From the NCBI GenBank assembly GCA_030704615.1, contig CM060731.1:82274001-82338000 (forward strand): a stretch of DNA of 64,000 nucleotides, given 5' to 3'. Position 1 is the first letter of the stretch. Each line of letters opens with the position of its first letter. The stretch is from Takakia lepidozioides (lineage: Eukaryota > Plantae > Bryophyta). Positions 12,011 through 24,330 of the stretch are shown in pieces. A model generated the notes under the pieces. The model did no database searches, was not told where the DNA came from, and was given only the letters and a program-made list of their open reading frames with translations. A program made the translations under genes and the position numbers.

Positions 12011-13633
12011 CATTCATAATTGACCCTATTGATGGGGCAGTACCCTATGTCCACTTAGTAGTAGTTCTGTTTTCAAACATATTATCCCTATAACCGTGAA
12101 TTATGCTCACACAGGCTTTATTTTCCTGTCGTGACTCACGCAATACCAACCCCATTTGAACGTAAGGCGGTCCAGTTCCAGGTGTTTGCTGAAAAATATC
12201 AGTGGGCTCTGGGGATGTGGCGCGGGGTCTATAAATAATTAATTGCAAATGATTTCCTGTCTGGAAACTTAAAATACTGAAGCTCTATGGGTGAATTCAA
12301 CATTAATACATATTTTTACAAGATAATTTTTTTTGATCACTTATTACCATGAAAACAGAAGAATATATATAGGTATTTGAGGGATGTGAACGAATGAACT
12401 GATTAATGAGCTAATCTAATAACCAGGACTGACCCAACCCTGTTCTCGACTTGGCTAGTGGGTCTGGTCCAGTTCCGGGCTCTCTTGCCCTTGTTCAGAG
12501 CTGAATCTATGGAAGGCAGCATATGCGAAGTCTCATGGATTATCTTCCTCCAAATGCAAGCTTGCTCGCAGCTGCAGGTGCTCTCTGTCCGTTATATTGG
12601 ATTTCGTAGCTCAGCAGAGGAGCTCAATGAAACTGGTTGAACTGATTGTGTTGGTAGTTGGTGATAGATCATTAACCCTTAAGTGGTATATCGACCCATT
12701 TTGGGTTAGCTTAACCAGCCATAACTTCCTGTGGTTAAGGCTGATTGACCTTTTTTTGGGCTCAATCGACAGATAATCGGATCCCCCTTCATATGGCATT
12801 GGCCATTTGGTCAATGCCCGAAGGGGTAGGGGTCTGGACCAAATCGGAAGGGGGCCAACTCAACTTTTTGACCATTTTGGCACCCCTAACCAGCCCAAGT
12901 GGCTTACATGGCAATTGCGGTCAGGTTATGGTTGTAAGATGGAGTATTCCACCTGTTGCAGATGCTCTTCTGTTCGTTGGCTAGATGAAAAACAGGGCGG
13001 TTGGTGAAGCTAATTAAATGTGCCTAATGTTAGCCTAGGCCCTTGTCTCATTCCAACAGTAACCTAATCTGACAGGGTGGCTGCTAATGTGTGGGAGAAA
13101 CTAAATACAATCCTAGCAGCCAATAAGAGGCCACCATTTGCCATTTCAGATTAGCCCTTTCCTTAATATAAAAAGCTTATGCCAGATGCAGGATGTTTTG
13201 TGTGATGATAACGGTGTACCTGGATGAGCCTGCTGTTTTGGATGTGTTGCACTTGATGCCCTTGCATGTGATTTGATTGGCCCACCTGTGGGGTTCCTCT
13301 AGCAAATAATCCTTCCCATTTAGCTTGGCATGCTTTACTGGCTAACTTCCCCGCTTCAGCGCCCAAACTCGTAGAGGATAAGGGAATATCCCCCGGGTAG
13401 AGATATTTGGTAGAGATGGGGGGCACTTTTGCATTGTAATCTGACGGCTCGGGTGTTCTAGTGATGATAACCTAGGTTCGGTATGGCTATGGTGCAACGA
13501 CGGCTGTACGGGATATCTAGGAAAATGGCGGCTCAATCCACCCTGCACAATCATTTGTTCCACCCTGTGTATGTTGTTGCTGCTAGTTTTGTGTCTACCT
13601 TCCTTGTGAGTAAACACTGTGTACGCAGCGGCC

Positions 13634-14533
13634 ATGGCATCTAGTTCGAGAAATGCTGCTTCTTTTGAGGTTGAAGACGATTCGTTTGAAGCGGTTTTTC
13701 TGGGTGTTGTACGTGATCTAGCGTCGCCTGATGTGCTTAAGCCATACGAAGGAGAGCCCCCTGTGAGAGGCGATGCAGAGATCCCGCTTGATGTTCCCTC
13801 TGATTACTAGATAGAAAAATTTGAGCAAACTGCTGTAGATGAAGCTCGCAAAGACGTGCATTCTGAAGGCAAGAAGCGCGAACAGCGTCGCAAGATCGCT
13901 GAAGCCAAGCAGGGTGTTTTTGCTGGCAGATTGCTACAGAGACTATATGCGAGAGAGATAGCCAAGCGCTTACCTTGCGCGGTCATCCGTGAGCGACTTG
14001 GACAGGGCAAGCTGCTTACTTGGCTGCAGATTGGCGTTCCCAAGTTTGTTGTCACCGGAGATCGCACCAACACTCTTGAGAGTTTCCTGCACCCCAAGGT
14101 TCCCAGCAGCTACTGTTTTTGGGAGCTCGTTCGTGGTGGTAGTGCGGCGGCGCTGATGAACATTCGCCCTGCCTGGACTGCTGACTAGCCTGCTGACGAT
14201 TTTTCGTGGGAACAATCCATTATTGGTTTCCCGCAACACTTGTTTTGTTTCTCTTCTCGGGACATTGTGATCTTCCTTGGTGAAAGCTTTGATCAAGAGA
14301 CCATTGGGCTTTGCCACGTTCAGGTTCCTACTGAGAAATATCCTTTACACTCGTTGGTGATCAAGGAGAATGTGGTGCGTACGGTGACCCGTGTTACGTT
14401 TTGGTTAAAGGTAGCCCCAACACTCTGGCATTTACAGGGAGAGGCAGTCTATCTCAGTTACAACCACCGCTTCATTTCTTCCTACACTGTCACGGATTTG
14501 GAGAAGAGCATGCCGCATCCTAGTGACAGGTGA
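13634..14533 (+). pseudogene. Extra ORF (about 300 codons) upstream of gag, with two in-frame TAG stops
   Basis: ORFs 13619, 13856 and 14240 are in the same frame, separated only by single TAG codons at 13808 and 14186. Confidence 0.55.
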
Positions 14534-15544
14534 TTCTCTCTGGATGATTTTTTTTGTTGCTCTACTGAATGCTCACAAGAGCTAAATCTAAACTTTTAGA
14601 GAATCAAACCAGTAAGATGGGAGAGGTAAATGATGCTTGTGAACGAATTTTTGAAGCCAGTGAGCCTAGTACTGAGTTCACTGCGGGTGGGACGAGACTG
14701 TCGGGTCCTGAAACTAAGCCGAGTGTGGCTGCCACATCTCATGTTGAACAGCAAACAGGTAAACCAGAGCTTGATGACTTGTGCCATGCAATGCGTCTTA
14801 TTTCTGACTGTCCTGCTTTGTTGGAATTGCTCTTTGCTAAACGTGCTCAGAATGTATCCTATGAGACCTGCATGACGAAGCAACCTTATCCGGAATACAA
14901 GGTGGGGCAAAACTTTGATAATTTTCTCACTTTTTTTGAGATGAGTGTGAAGATGAATGCAGTCCCACCTACTTTTGTCACAAATGCATTTCGTTTTTGT
15001 CTCAAGGGAGGCCCAAGAACTCTTTGAAGCCACTATCAAAGATCTAGGGGATGTGCCATGGTCTGAAGCTAAAGGTTTGGCTGAACAATTATTTCACGAA
15101 GAAAAATTGTCTGATTACTTTGTACCTGAGAGACGATACAAGGAGGGGGAAAGTATACATAAGTATTATACTAATATACGTACAGCTGTGTGTAAGACTG
15201 TTCATGTTCTCTCGGAAAGGCCATTGGCCATTAAACTTGGCTTCATCCGAGGACTGCCTCCTGCAGAGCAAGTATATCTGCAACGAAACAAGTACTCCAC
15301 CGAAAAAGAAATAGTTCGGTTAATTGAAGAACGTTTGCGCACTAAAGCAGCTAAACGGGGAGTTGTACCCAAAATTCAACCTACTCACATGATGAGTGAT
15401 GCATCCGAACTGGTGATGAGCACTAACAAGGGAGAAGCCTTAGAGCTTCTTCCTGCAATGGTACGAGATGTGCAGGAAACGGTTCGACTTGAATTACAAG
15501 CCATTAAGGCTGACGCTCGCTGGCAAGCCCTATCAAATTTCAAC

Positions 15545-16540
15545 CAGAGTGTATATACCTGTCCTTAGGACAAATAAAAGCTAGGCCAGTGGGAGCCAAG
15601 ATTTGGGACATTGCAGGCAAATCAATATCATGAGGAGCCCTCAACTGAATTGCTGGAAACAGGAAGAGGGGCTCCAGTCTTCTTACCTGGTTCAGGGAGA
15701 TGCCATTGGAGGAGGGTAGTGGTTGAGTCACTATTAAAATTAAAGAATCTGGTCCAGTTGTATGAATTACCAGCTTTTTGGCGAACCTCTTGAGCAATAG
15801 CCTTCATCTGAATAAGATGTCGTGCAACTTCCAGCCATGATAGGGACAGAGTTCAGATTGACAGTATGCCTGGTACCATTGTCATTGCTCAATGTCATGA
15901 CATTAGTGTGTAAGTTGATTTCTGCCCTGGCTTCCCTCATCCAATCCAAGCCAATCAGAAATTGTTCTCCCATAGTGACAATACCAGTCACTGTGACCAC
16001 CTGTCCAGCTATTCCAATGGGCAAGGTTACAAGCCCTAAAGGTTCATATTTGGTGCCATCAGCTATAGTAACTTCCAGCCCTTTGGCAGGTATCAGTTTC
16101 AAACCCAAACTACATGTAATGGAACAGCAAAAACCGTGCACCCAGTGTCAACTATGCAGGAAAAAGACAAATGGCCTACATGACATTGAGTAAGTAGTGG
16201 GCGTATACGCAGCTTCTTCCTGGGTTTAAGCACTTCAGTATGTAGCAACTTGAATGTGTCAGAAACAAGAACAGTAGTTAGGGGTTCTGAAGGTTTAACT
16301 CGACGATCACCTGTCCCTTCATTCGTAGGTGATCCTATTCGTTTAAACGAGCCTTACCCTTCTTTTCTTTTTCCCTCTCAAAGTTTTCAATCATACCTGG
16401 CAGATCAGCCTGGTAAGGGCAAAATCTGGTAACATGATCCTTGCCTTTGCAAATATAACATGCTGCAGGACTTTGATAACCAGCACCAGTATTAGTACGT
16501 CCCCTGTTGCGGAAATCGAAGGCTGGAAGAAGTTGTCCTT
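15545..16540 (-). other. Inverted internal segment of the gypsy element: gag zinc knuckle, aspartic-protease region and N-half of a dUTPase-like domain
   Basis: The minus strand encodes CYICKGKDHVTRFC, the protease C-half (TIADGT...FLIGLDWM) and LRAPHDIDLPAMSQILAPTGLAFICP; both flanks code on the plus strand. Confidence 0.8.
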
Positions 16541-19094
16541 GCTGAAACACTGTTTGGTGGCTTCTAGGGTTTTGGACAGAGGGTACAGAGGAGAAATCAA
16601 ATTACTCCTTGCTAGTCCTGAGCGTATGATGGTCAAAATCAAGAAAGGTCAGGTTATGGCTCGATTCACTGCCTTGCCCTTGACTACGATTCAATTTGTA
16701 GAGGCTGCTCTCAATTTTCATGACATTGGTCTTATAGATAGCCCTGCGGACAGACTTGTTGCCATGACCAACATTGCTGCCGTCAGTGATGACACTGTTC
16801 TCACCTCAGAACAAGAGGAGCACTTTGCCCAAGTGCTGGCAGAAATCCAGGTGGGTGATATAACCAAGGTTCAACTCGCCAAATTGTATGCTTTGATCCG
16901 TAAGAACTTGTTTGTATTCAGTCGAGGGTCTCATGATCTTGGTAGAACCGATGTTTTGAAACACGAGATTATTACTGATGGGCATCTTGTCAAGCAATAT
17001 GTCTATCGTGAATTTGTCCGTGAGAGGGCAGTAGTTCAGGATGAGATAAAAAAAAATGTTGAATGCTGGTGTCATCCGCCCCTCTGTGTCACCTTGGGCC
17101 AGCCCGATTGTGGTGGTAGCCAAAAAGGATGGTTCCACCAGGTTTTGTGTTGACTTCAGACGGCTCAATTCCATGACTAAGAAAGATGTGTACCCTTTAC
17201 CGAAAATTAATGAGACCCTAAATCAGCTTAGTGGTGCCACCATTTTCTCTTCACTTGACCTAGCTTCTGGCTTTTGGCAAGTCCCTCTTACAGAAGCATC
17301 TAAAGAGAAAACTGCTTTTACATGCAGATATGGCATGTATCAATACGAGACCATGCCATTCGGACTCTGCAATGCCACGACAACTTTCCAAAGACTTATG
17401 GATATAGTCCTTGGAAATCTGAGATGTGAATGTGCATTAGTATACATCGACGACATTAATGTTTATTCTGCTACTTTCGATTCTCACCTCATTGACCTGC
17501 AGCGTGTGTTATGTCGTCTCAGAGCTGCAGGTCTCAAGGTTAAAGCAATGCGATTTTTGCATGGCAGAGCTCAAATTTCTTGGCCACATCCTTTGTGGGG
17601 AAGGCATCAAACCTGATGTTAGCAAAATCCAGGCAATATGGGACTTCCTTGTTCCACGTGATAAGCATTGTGTCCGTGCATTTCTTGGCCTTGCCTCCTA
17701 TTATAGATGTTTTATCCTCCATTTTGCTGACATGGCTGGTCCCTTGTTCAGGCTTCTATGCAAGGATGTTCGTTTTCACTGGGGCATACCTGAGACCAGG
17801 GCCTTTGAACAGCTGAAGATACCCCTTACAACTGCTCCAGTACTGGTTTTTCCAGACTTCTCTCTCCCTTTTCTTTTGCAAACAGATGCCAGTGACATGG
17901 CTATTTCTGCAATTCTCAGCTAAGTGCGAGATGGTAGAGAACATGTTGTTGCTTACGCATATAGGCGGCTTGATAAACATGAAAAGAATTATAGTATTAC
18001 TGACAAGGAGGGGTTGGCCGTCATTTTTGGTGTAAAACACTTCAGGTAGTACCTGTATGGCCAAACCTAGGGCGGGAGTTTGATAGGGTTGAGGGTGGAG
18101 TGGGCAACCCCTGAAAGCAAGACCGGGTAGCCAGAGGAGCTCCCAAACCCCGTGGCCTCCTGGGCTATTGCTCCAAAATATCCTAGGCCTGCAGGCTATA
18201 ACATAGGTGTGCCATTTGAAGTCTTGGGCAGGGAACCTAAAGATGCGGTGGCATTGGCTGATTAGTCCCAAAGTTTTTTGGGGACTTCATATGAATGCCC
18301 ATGACATTTCAACTGGAGGGATTAGGGTTTGACCTGCTGATTTTTTTTGTATAATTTTAGGAAGAGAGATTTTGGCCTGCCCAAAGAAAATGGCATATTT
18401 TGACCCAATTTGTCACTACAAAGGAGCCCACTTGAGAACATTTCAGGAAAAACTGAAATTTTCTGAGAATATGTGTTATCAGGTAGCATGCTTGAGACAT
18501 TCAACAAGAAAAAATTAAAACTGCCCAAATACGAGAAAAAAAACTGTTGGCACCTATTTCTTAGTGGAGATTTTTTTTGGTCCCCACTCTACACTTTATA
18601 ATCTTCAGATCTGGCAGTTGGATTTTGATGAAACTTTTTGTGGGGTAGGTGGGAAGTAATTCCAATGGTCTGTTTTACAGGGGCACAGAGATTCTCCAGA
18701 TAAAAAAGTTTTTGTGGGCCAGGGTCATGTTTTTCCACGAGAGGGTGAAAATGAGTTTTGGCACTTAAGGGTTAATGTCTTTCTTGCTTGAGTACCGATG
18801 GGCCTCTCATGTTCAGCAGCTGCTGTTGACACTAGGTTGTACATCCAATTGTGATGTTTTACTGAACCTGCTCTCGAAATAATTGAATCTAGCCGGATTT
18901 GAATGAACATTATGGTACAGTTGGATTGAATCGTGATAGTTCTACCGGGCTGCATCTTCAAGATTGATCTTGAGCACGCTCTAAGCATCAAGCTTGTATC
19001 TAGAGATTACCTAGTTGCATATCGTCAACTGAATTAGATGACTTGCTCAATAGCGCTTGGTGTACATCGATTGACTAGACCGCACAACTGGTCC

Positions 19095-22003
19095 CTACTT
19101 TCTCTGATTTTTAGAGGCAAACCGCAGGATGAAGTAGAACATTATGCGGTAGAATATGGCCCAACCGATCAAAATGTAGAGGCATTGCCATTTTGTAAGC
19201 TGATTGATGGCGAGACTGTCCAAAAGATCCTTACCTTTCAGGATGCAGCCCTCCGGAGTCAAATTAAAGCACTGATGTTGTTCAAACTGGTTGAGAAGCA
19301 TGGCCTCGTAGGGGTACTTAAGGGTAGACAGATAGTGCAACCATTTCCACCATTTTGGAATATTGCTTCTGTTGAGGAAGTAGCCGCAAGTGAGGAAGAA
19401 GAGGGATGTGAATCCAATGACGGCAGAGTATCCCAGAATGTAGTCGGGCACCAGCGCTGCGATCAACATCACAAACGAATTTGTGGTAATGAGCGAGAAG
19501 AATAGAATGAGCCAGAAGAACAGGAGGATTTTCCATCCTCCATCCAGCCGCAATGCCCACCATGTAATCAGTGTGTAGGTCATGGCCTGCAATGCCAGAA
19601 AGGGCAAGTTAGTGATGACGCCAGCCACCACGTAAGAGGACGATCGGTACGCGTTGTGTGAAGTCTCCCTGATGAAGATGAAGCGCTCCTGGATAAACGT
19701 GGGCACTGCATCGTTGGACGAGAAAAAGAAGAGCGAAACTGTGAAGATGTAGAAGGAGAGAAGCTGGGTCACTCCCTGCAAAGTATGTGGGGTGTGAATG
19801 AAGAGCGTCGCCATCATAAAGCCCATAATGGTGAGCACTATCTGTCGCGAGAGAAAGAGCTCGGGAGTTCTCTTGATGTTTAGAAAATTTCGGAAGACAA
19901 GGATGATCACCTCTCTCACCCAATTGTTAGCAAACTTGGGGCCATGATCATGCCCAACTGTGCTATCACACTCCAATTCATCTTCGTCGAGCGCATATTC
20001 GCTCCTCAGGGGGCTCGGGGTGGCCAGGCAGATCTCGCCGGACGGCGTTATGTAGGGGTCGAGCCCCCTCTTCGGGGTCTTGGACGGCGTCTTTCGGCCG
20101 GGGGTTCTCTGTGCCGATGAACGCTGGGGGGTCCCCCTCTTGGGTGTGCGACCCATCAGTCCGTTGGACGGCGTCTTGGATCCCGAGGTCGGGCGCAGCG
20201 GTGTTCGAAGGATGCCAGTTGATCTGACCCCCAGTTGTTCAAGAATGTTGCCAGCGTAGAAAGTGGATGCCAAGCGGACGGAACTTTTGGTGAGCGAGTG
20301 ATCGTAGTCATCGTCGTCATCGTAGTACATAGAATCGTCATCGTAGTGTAATAAATTGATCGGAGCTTCTGGGTTCTCTTCGTCCCCACCCCTCACTGAA
20401 AGTCCAGTGCTCCTAAGCGGCCTGAGAGGAGTGCCCCTTCCTGGGCTCTTCTGGCCTATAGACTGGCTCTGTATTTTGCTGGTCAGCTGCACAGAGTTGT
20501 CATCGTTGGGCTTCACACCATCCTTATTGAACTGCACCAATGGATCCAGGCCATAGGTGGAGCGGTCGTACTCTTGGATCACGTCCAGAAGATACTCGAT
20601 GCTGTTCTCCCCTTTTGGAACTTCCCGGCCGAATGCGGCCATGTGTGAGTTCAGCTGGGATGGTGATCCCTGGTATATGAGCTTACCCCTGCACCACCAT
20701 AGAATCCAGGAACAGTGGTTTTAGTGTTGGAGATTCAATTCTCACCGAAGATGCACAGATGATCAGCAGACATGTTATGCCTTCATCGGACGTGGTAATC
20801 TAAATGCATGCGTAGTATATATCGGACTGGCGTGGGTCGTCCGGAGTATTCTCTCGCTTGTACGCTGGCGACAATAGACAATCTAGTTGAATAAAATGTG
20901 CATGTGTTGATACACCTGTAAACAAACCAAGAAAATCCGGGAAGGATTGCACATTGACCATCTACCTTGCGAGAACAATGAGCCGATTGAGGAGCTGGAG
21001 AATCCGGTGTGAGGGCTGATGGATGGTCAGGATAACAGTGCTTCCTGCCACCGCAATATCATGGACCTTTTCTACCACACTGAATGCACTCGTAGAGTCC
21101 AGTCCTGACGTGGGCTCATCCAGAAACAGCAAGGATGGTCCATGTATGATGTCTATTCCAATCGACACCCTTCGTCTCTCACCTCCAGACACCCCGCGGC
21201 GGCCTTCATCGCCAATGTAGGTGTTTTGCGCGCTCTGCAGCATTTATACATTAGCGATCATACAACCACTGGTCTATGCTTAGCGCAGTCTCGATTCTTA
21301 TATAAACACACTGTCAAGTGTGGTTCTTTCAGTCTTGTGAGAGGGCAAGCGTACATACAACAAAATTCCTGAGCGATGTTCCCAAGATTGTTCTCTATCA
21401 TTCACTCCATGATGCATGATGATAATGGGTTGAGATCAATACAGTGAGGCCAAGTTGTTCAATGAGCTTGTTCACTCGCATCTGCTTTTCTGAGTGAGAG
21501 GTGCTTTGCGGCAGCCGGGTCTCTGCAGCAAACATAAGAGTCTCACGGACCGTCAGCATAGGAAACAATTGATCGTCCTGCATCACGTACGCCGATATTC
21601 TTTTCATGAGGCTGGGGCCAACAGGATTCCCGTCGACCGTAATCAGGCCATCTAGACTCCCACTTGCGATTCTTCCCGCGAGGGCGTCCAAGAATGTGGA
21701 CTTCCCGGCACCACTGGGGCCCATGACTGCAGTCACCTGTCCCTTCGGACAATGGGCGGTGATGCCGTGCAGTAAATCGACTTCCTGTGTTATCCATTGC
21801 TCTTCTTTCTTCTGCTTTTTAATCACCGTGTATGTGAGATCCTCACATTCCAGCCCTGTGCCTCTGATTGCAGGAAGGTTTTGGTCGGTACTAACTGCAG
21901 TACTTTTGGAATGCTTTAAATTATCTATGGTCAAGAGAGTTTCCAAAGTTTGCAGCTGTTTTGGCTGGACTTTTCCACTGATCATTGGCTGAGAGGATCC
22001 CAT
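19095..22003 (-). CDS. STR2: Half-size ABCG transporter STR2-like, copy B; 3 exons (22003-21443, 21234-20966, 20688-19095), 807 aa
   Basis: Walker [10 protein letters not shown], signature [12 protein letters not shown], Walker [13 protein letters not shown], then the TMD ending [15 protein letters not shown] junctions keep frame (561+269+1594=2424 nt). [21 protein letters not shown] and [11 protein letters not shown] match STR2 rather than STR. Confidence 0.9.
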
Positions 22004-22979
22004 GATTGATCCCCGAACTAAATACAAATCAACTGAGGAGACCACAGATACTAGTACATCTGTTCTGAGGACTTGCTTAATATTGTATCTAGAATAACAG
22101 AGGATGATGGAGACTTTGTAATGCAGGTTCAGCTCATCACCTGCGGATAGTTCTGTGCTCTGGAGAAGGTTTCCAGGTAGATAGATGATAGATGTCTCTA
22201 GGATCCTTCCAACTCGAAGCAGTCTTTTGAGTCTCTCTAAAGTGAGGTGGGAGAGAGGCAAACAATCTGAAGTTGTGTGTCCTCTATGGTTGCGAGGAGA
22301 GCTCCTCTGTAAGGCGATTGTCTTGTTTTGTATCCCTGCATCTTTCAGAAGTGGTCAACAATTATGGACTGAACCTATCTCATGCACAAGAATCACTGCG
22401 GAAGGTGGTACTGCAAGCGGAAGGTCTCACACTTGGCGCTCCACAGGCACTCGATGCCGGAAGGACGAACTTTCATGATGCCCTGATATTCACACTTGGG
22501 AGATGTGGTCAGGACTACAAAGAGCGACATAACAAAGGGCGTTACGTACAAGAAAAGCGGCGCAACAAGACAAAGCTACAGACAAAATTTGCATGCATAC
22601 AAGCAGCAGCTGATGGACTTCACGAGGCTGTCCAACCGGATTGTGGAAGCATCATGACTTCAATTGAGCTTCACTTTGCTCACACATTCAGGCAGCGCCA
22701 TGTGGCGCAAATCACCCACTCTGGGTACAGTTCACACCGATGTTGTAGGCACTGAGGCAGCCTTGCACCGCAACAGGGAAGGGATTTTGGCTTGATTCGG
22801 TTCACCTACCGCACATCAAAGAGCTTGTGGGATCGAGAAAGAGAGAGAGGGGCCCTCCACAAGCAGCTGTTGCACAAGGGATTGCCTAAGAGGTAACGCC
22901 TCAAGTAGTTATGATCCTCGTATCGGAATAGACAGTAGGAATCTTATTACAGTGGAAGGATAGTGAAAAACAATGTTCA

Positions 22980-23850
22980 ACTCACTGTCGTCCCCGGCGC
23001 AAGCGGGTGCAGGTTTTCCCACCCACAACTCTCTATAGGGAGACTTTGGGAGCCCACTCGAAACCTCCCCAATGCGAGGGAGATAGAGTTGCAGACAGGT
23101 AATTGGGCCGCGAGATTACGATGCCTCCCGATAGAATAGGACTTTTGTTGTAAGATTGACTGGTTTCCCAAGTTCCCGTCCCAAGCATCTGTTGCGGTCC
23201 TGCTTGACTCCACCCCCTCCATATTTAGTAGCAGTAGGGAAGCAATGGAGAGTTCGTGGCGGTCAAAGAAGTTGGAGACCCGAGCATACCAGGAAGTCTT
23301 GAAACACGCGTTTTCGAGTCTGATAGAGGTTGCGAGGACCGGGCTGGTAACCATTTGGGTGGTAGGGCTTGCAACCTTGATTGTAAGCCCGAAGATGGCC
23401 TCGGTCTCGCGGGTCCAGAAAAAGGGCTCGAGGGACTGAATCGAAAGCTTTTCGTTTAAGTCCACGAAGCATGCGGAGACCATTTTCTTGTCATAGGTTG
23501 CTAGTTCTATATAGTTTGAACAGTGAAAATGTGGTCCAGAGAAGATCGTTTGGGCCGGAAGCCTGCTTTCCCAGTAGCTCGAAGCCTAGAGTATCCAGCC
23601 TAATTATCGAGACGACTTGCCCCAAACAGTTTAGCCAGCACTGAGGAGACCATAATTGTGCGATACTTGGTCGGGTCGAGCTTGTCGCCATTCTTGAAGA
23701 GGGGTGGATGATGCTTTTTGTCCATTTTGTTGGAAGCCACGCCGCACTACAGAGAAGATGTGCAATGAATGGGACCAAAGTCGCTGTCGCATGTTTGATG
23801 AATTCGCTCTGCATCCGCGTAATTCAGTTCGATCTGTCAGCATCACTTAG
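22980..23850 (-). mobile_element. Degenerate, internally deleted LINE (non-LTR RT remnants)
   Basis: Frameshifted motifs PLFKNGDKLDPTKYRTI, ACFVD...RKAFDSVPR and the C-terminal LGRFRVGSQSLPIE. Confidence 0.7.
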
Positions 23851-24310
23851 GTTCGAAGTTGCTGGGTCTCTCGTGCGTGTATGGATGTGCTCAGGGACCA
23901 CTCTCCCTGCAGGATACTAATCTTCCGGGAGCCTGTTGTGCAGTGTCAGCCCACCAGGATGAGATTCAACCTGAACTTGATATAGTGCTGCATCGCCCAC
24001 GCAAACCTCTTTAGAAAGATCGAGTATGCATTGATTGAAGAGAATATGATGTTGATTTCAGCCCTGCTGTGCTATGGCCCACTAGCTACAAATAGATGTG
24101 AGATTGTTCCTTTGTGAATGGTTGCACAGCTGAAGATACACTTTGAAAGATAAAAGGTGGAGTGCATAATACAAACAGAGACACAGTCTGCAGAATGCTG
24201 ACCTCCAGTAGTGCCGCCATAAACCCTCCATGTTTTCCCTGTGCACCGGTTTTCAAAGAGAGAGATAATCATAGGGTATTTTGCACTAAGGGCTGGTCGC
24301 AATTAATCAG

Positions 24311-24330
24311 ATTATTATTATTATTATTAT
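24311..24330. repeat. (ATT)n microsatellite
   Basis: Directly visible. Confidence 0.9.

Larger units (their letters stand above)
12006..18065 (+). mobile_element. Degenerate Ty3/gypsy LTR retrotransposon: extra ORF, gag, [inverted CCHC-protease-dUTPase 5' part], dUTPase 3' part, RT, RNase H; 3' truncated
   Basis: gag-like ORFs 14569-15568; RT SPWASPIVVVAKKDGSTRFCVDFRRLN...YIDD (17056-17540); RNase H FLLQTDASD (about 17870). Candidate tRNA-Ala-like PBS TGGTAGAGATGGGGGGCAC at 13408. The 5' boundary is tentative. Confidence 0.8.

Noticed and set aside
22004-22261. N-terminal extension of STR2 in the ORF track
   Set aside because: It uses a non-ATG start and has no ABCG similarity; ATG 22003 gives a normal-length protein.
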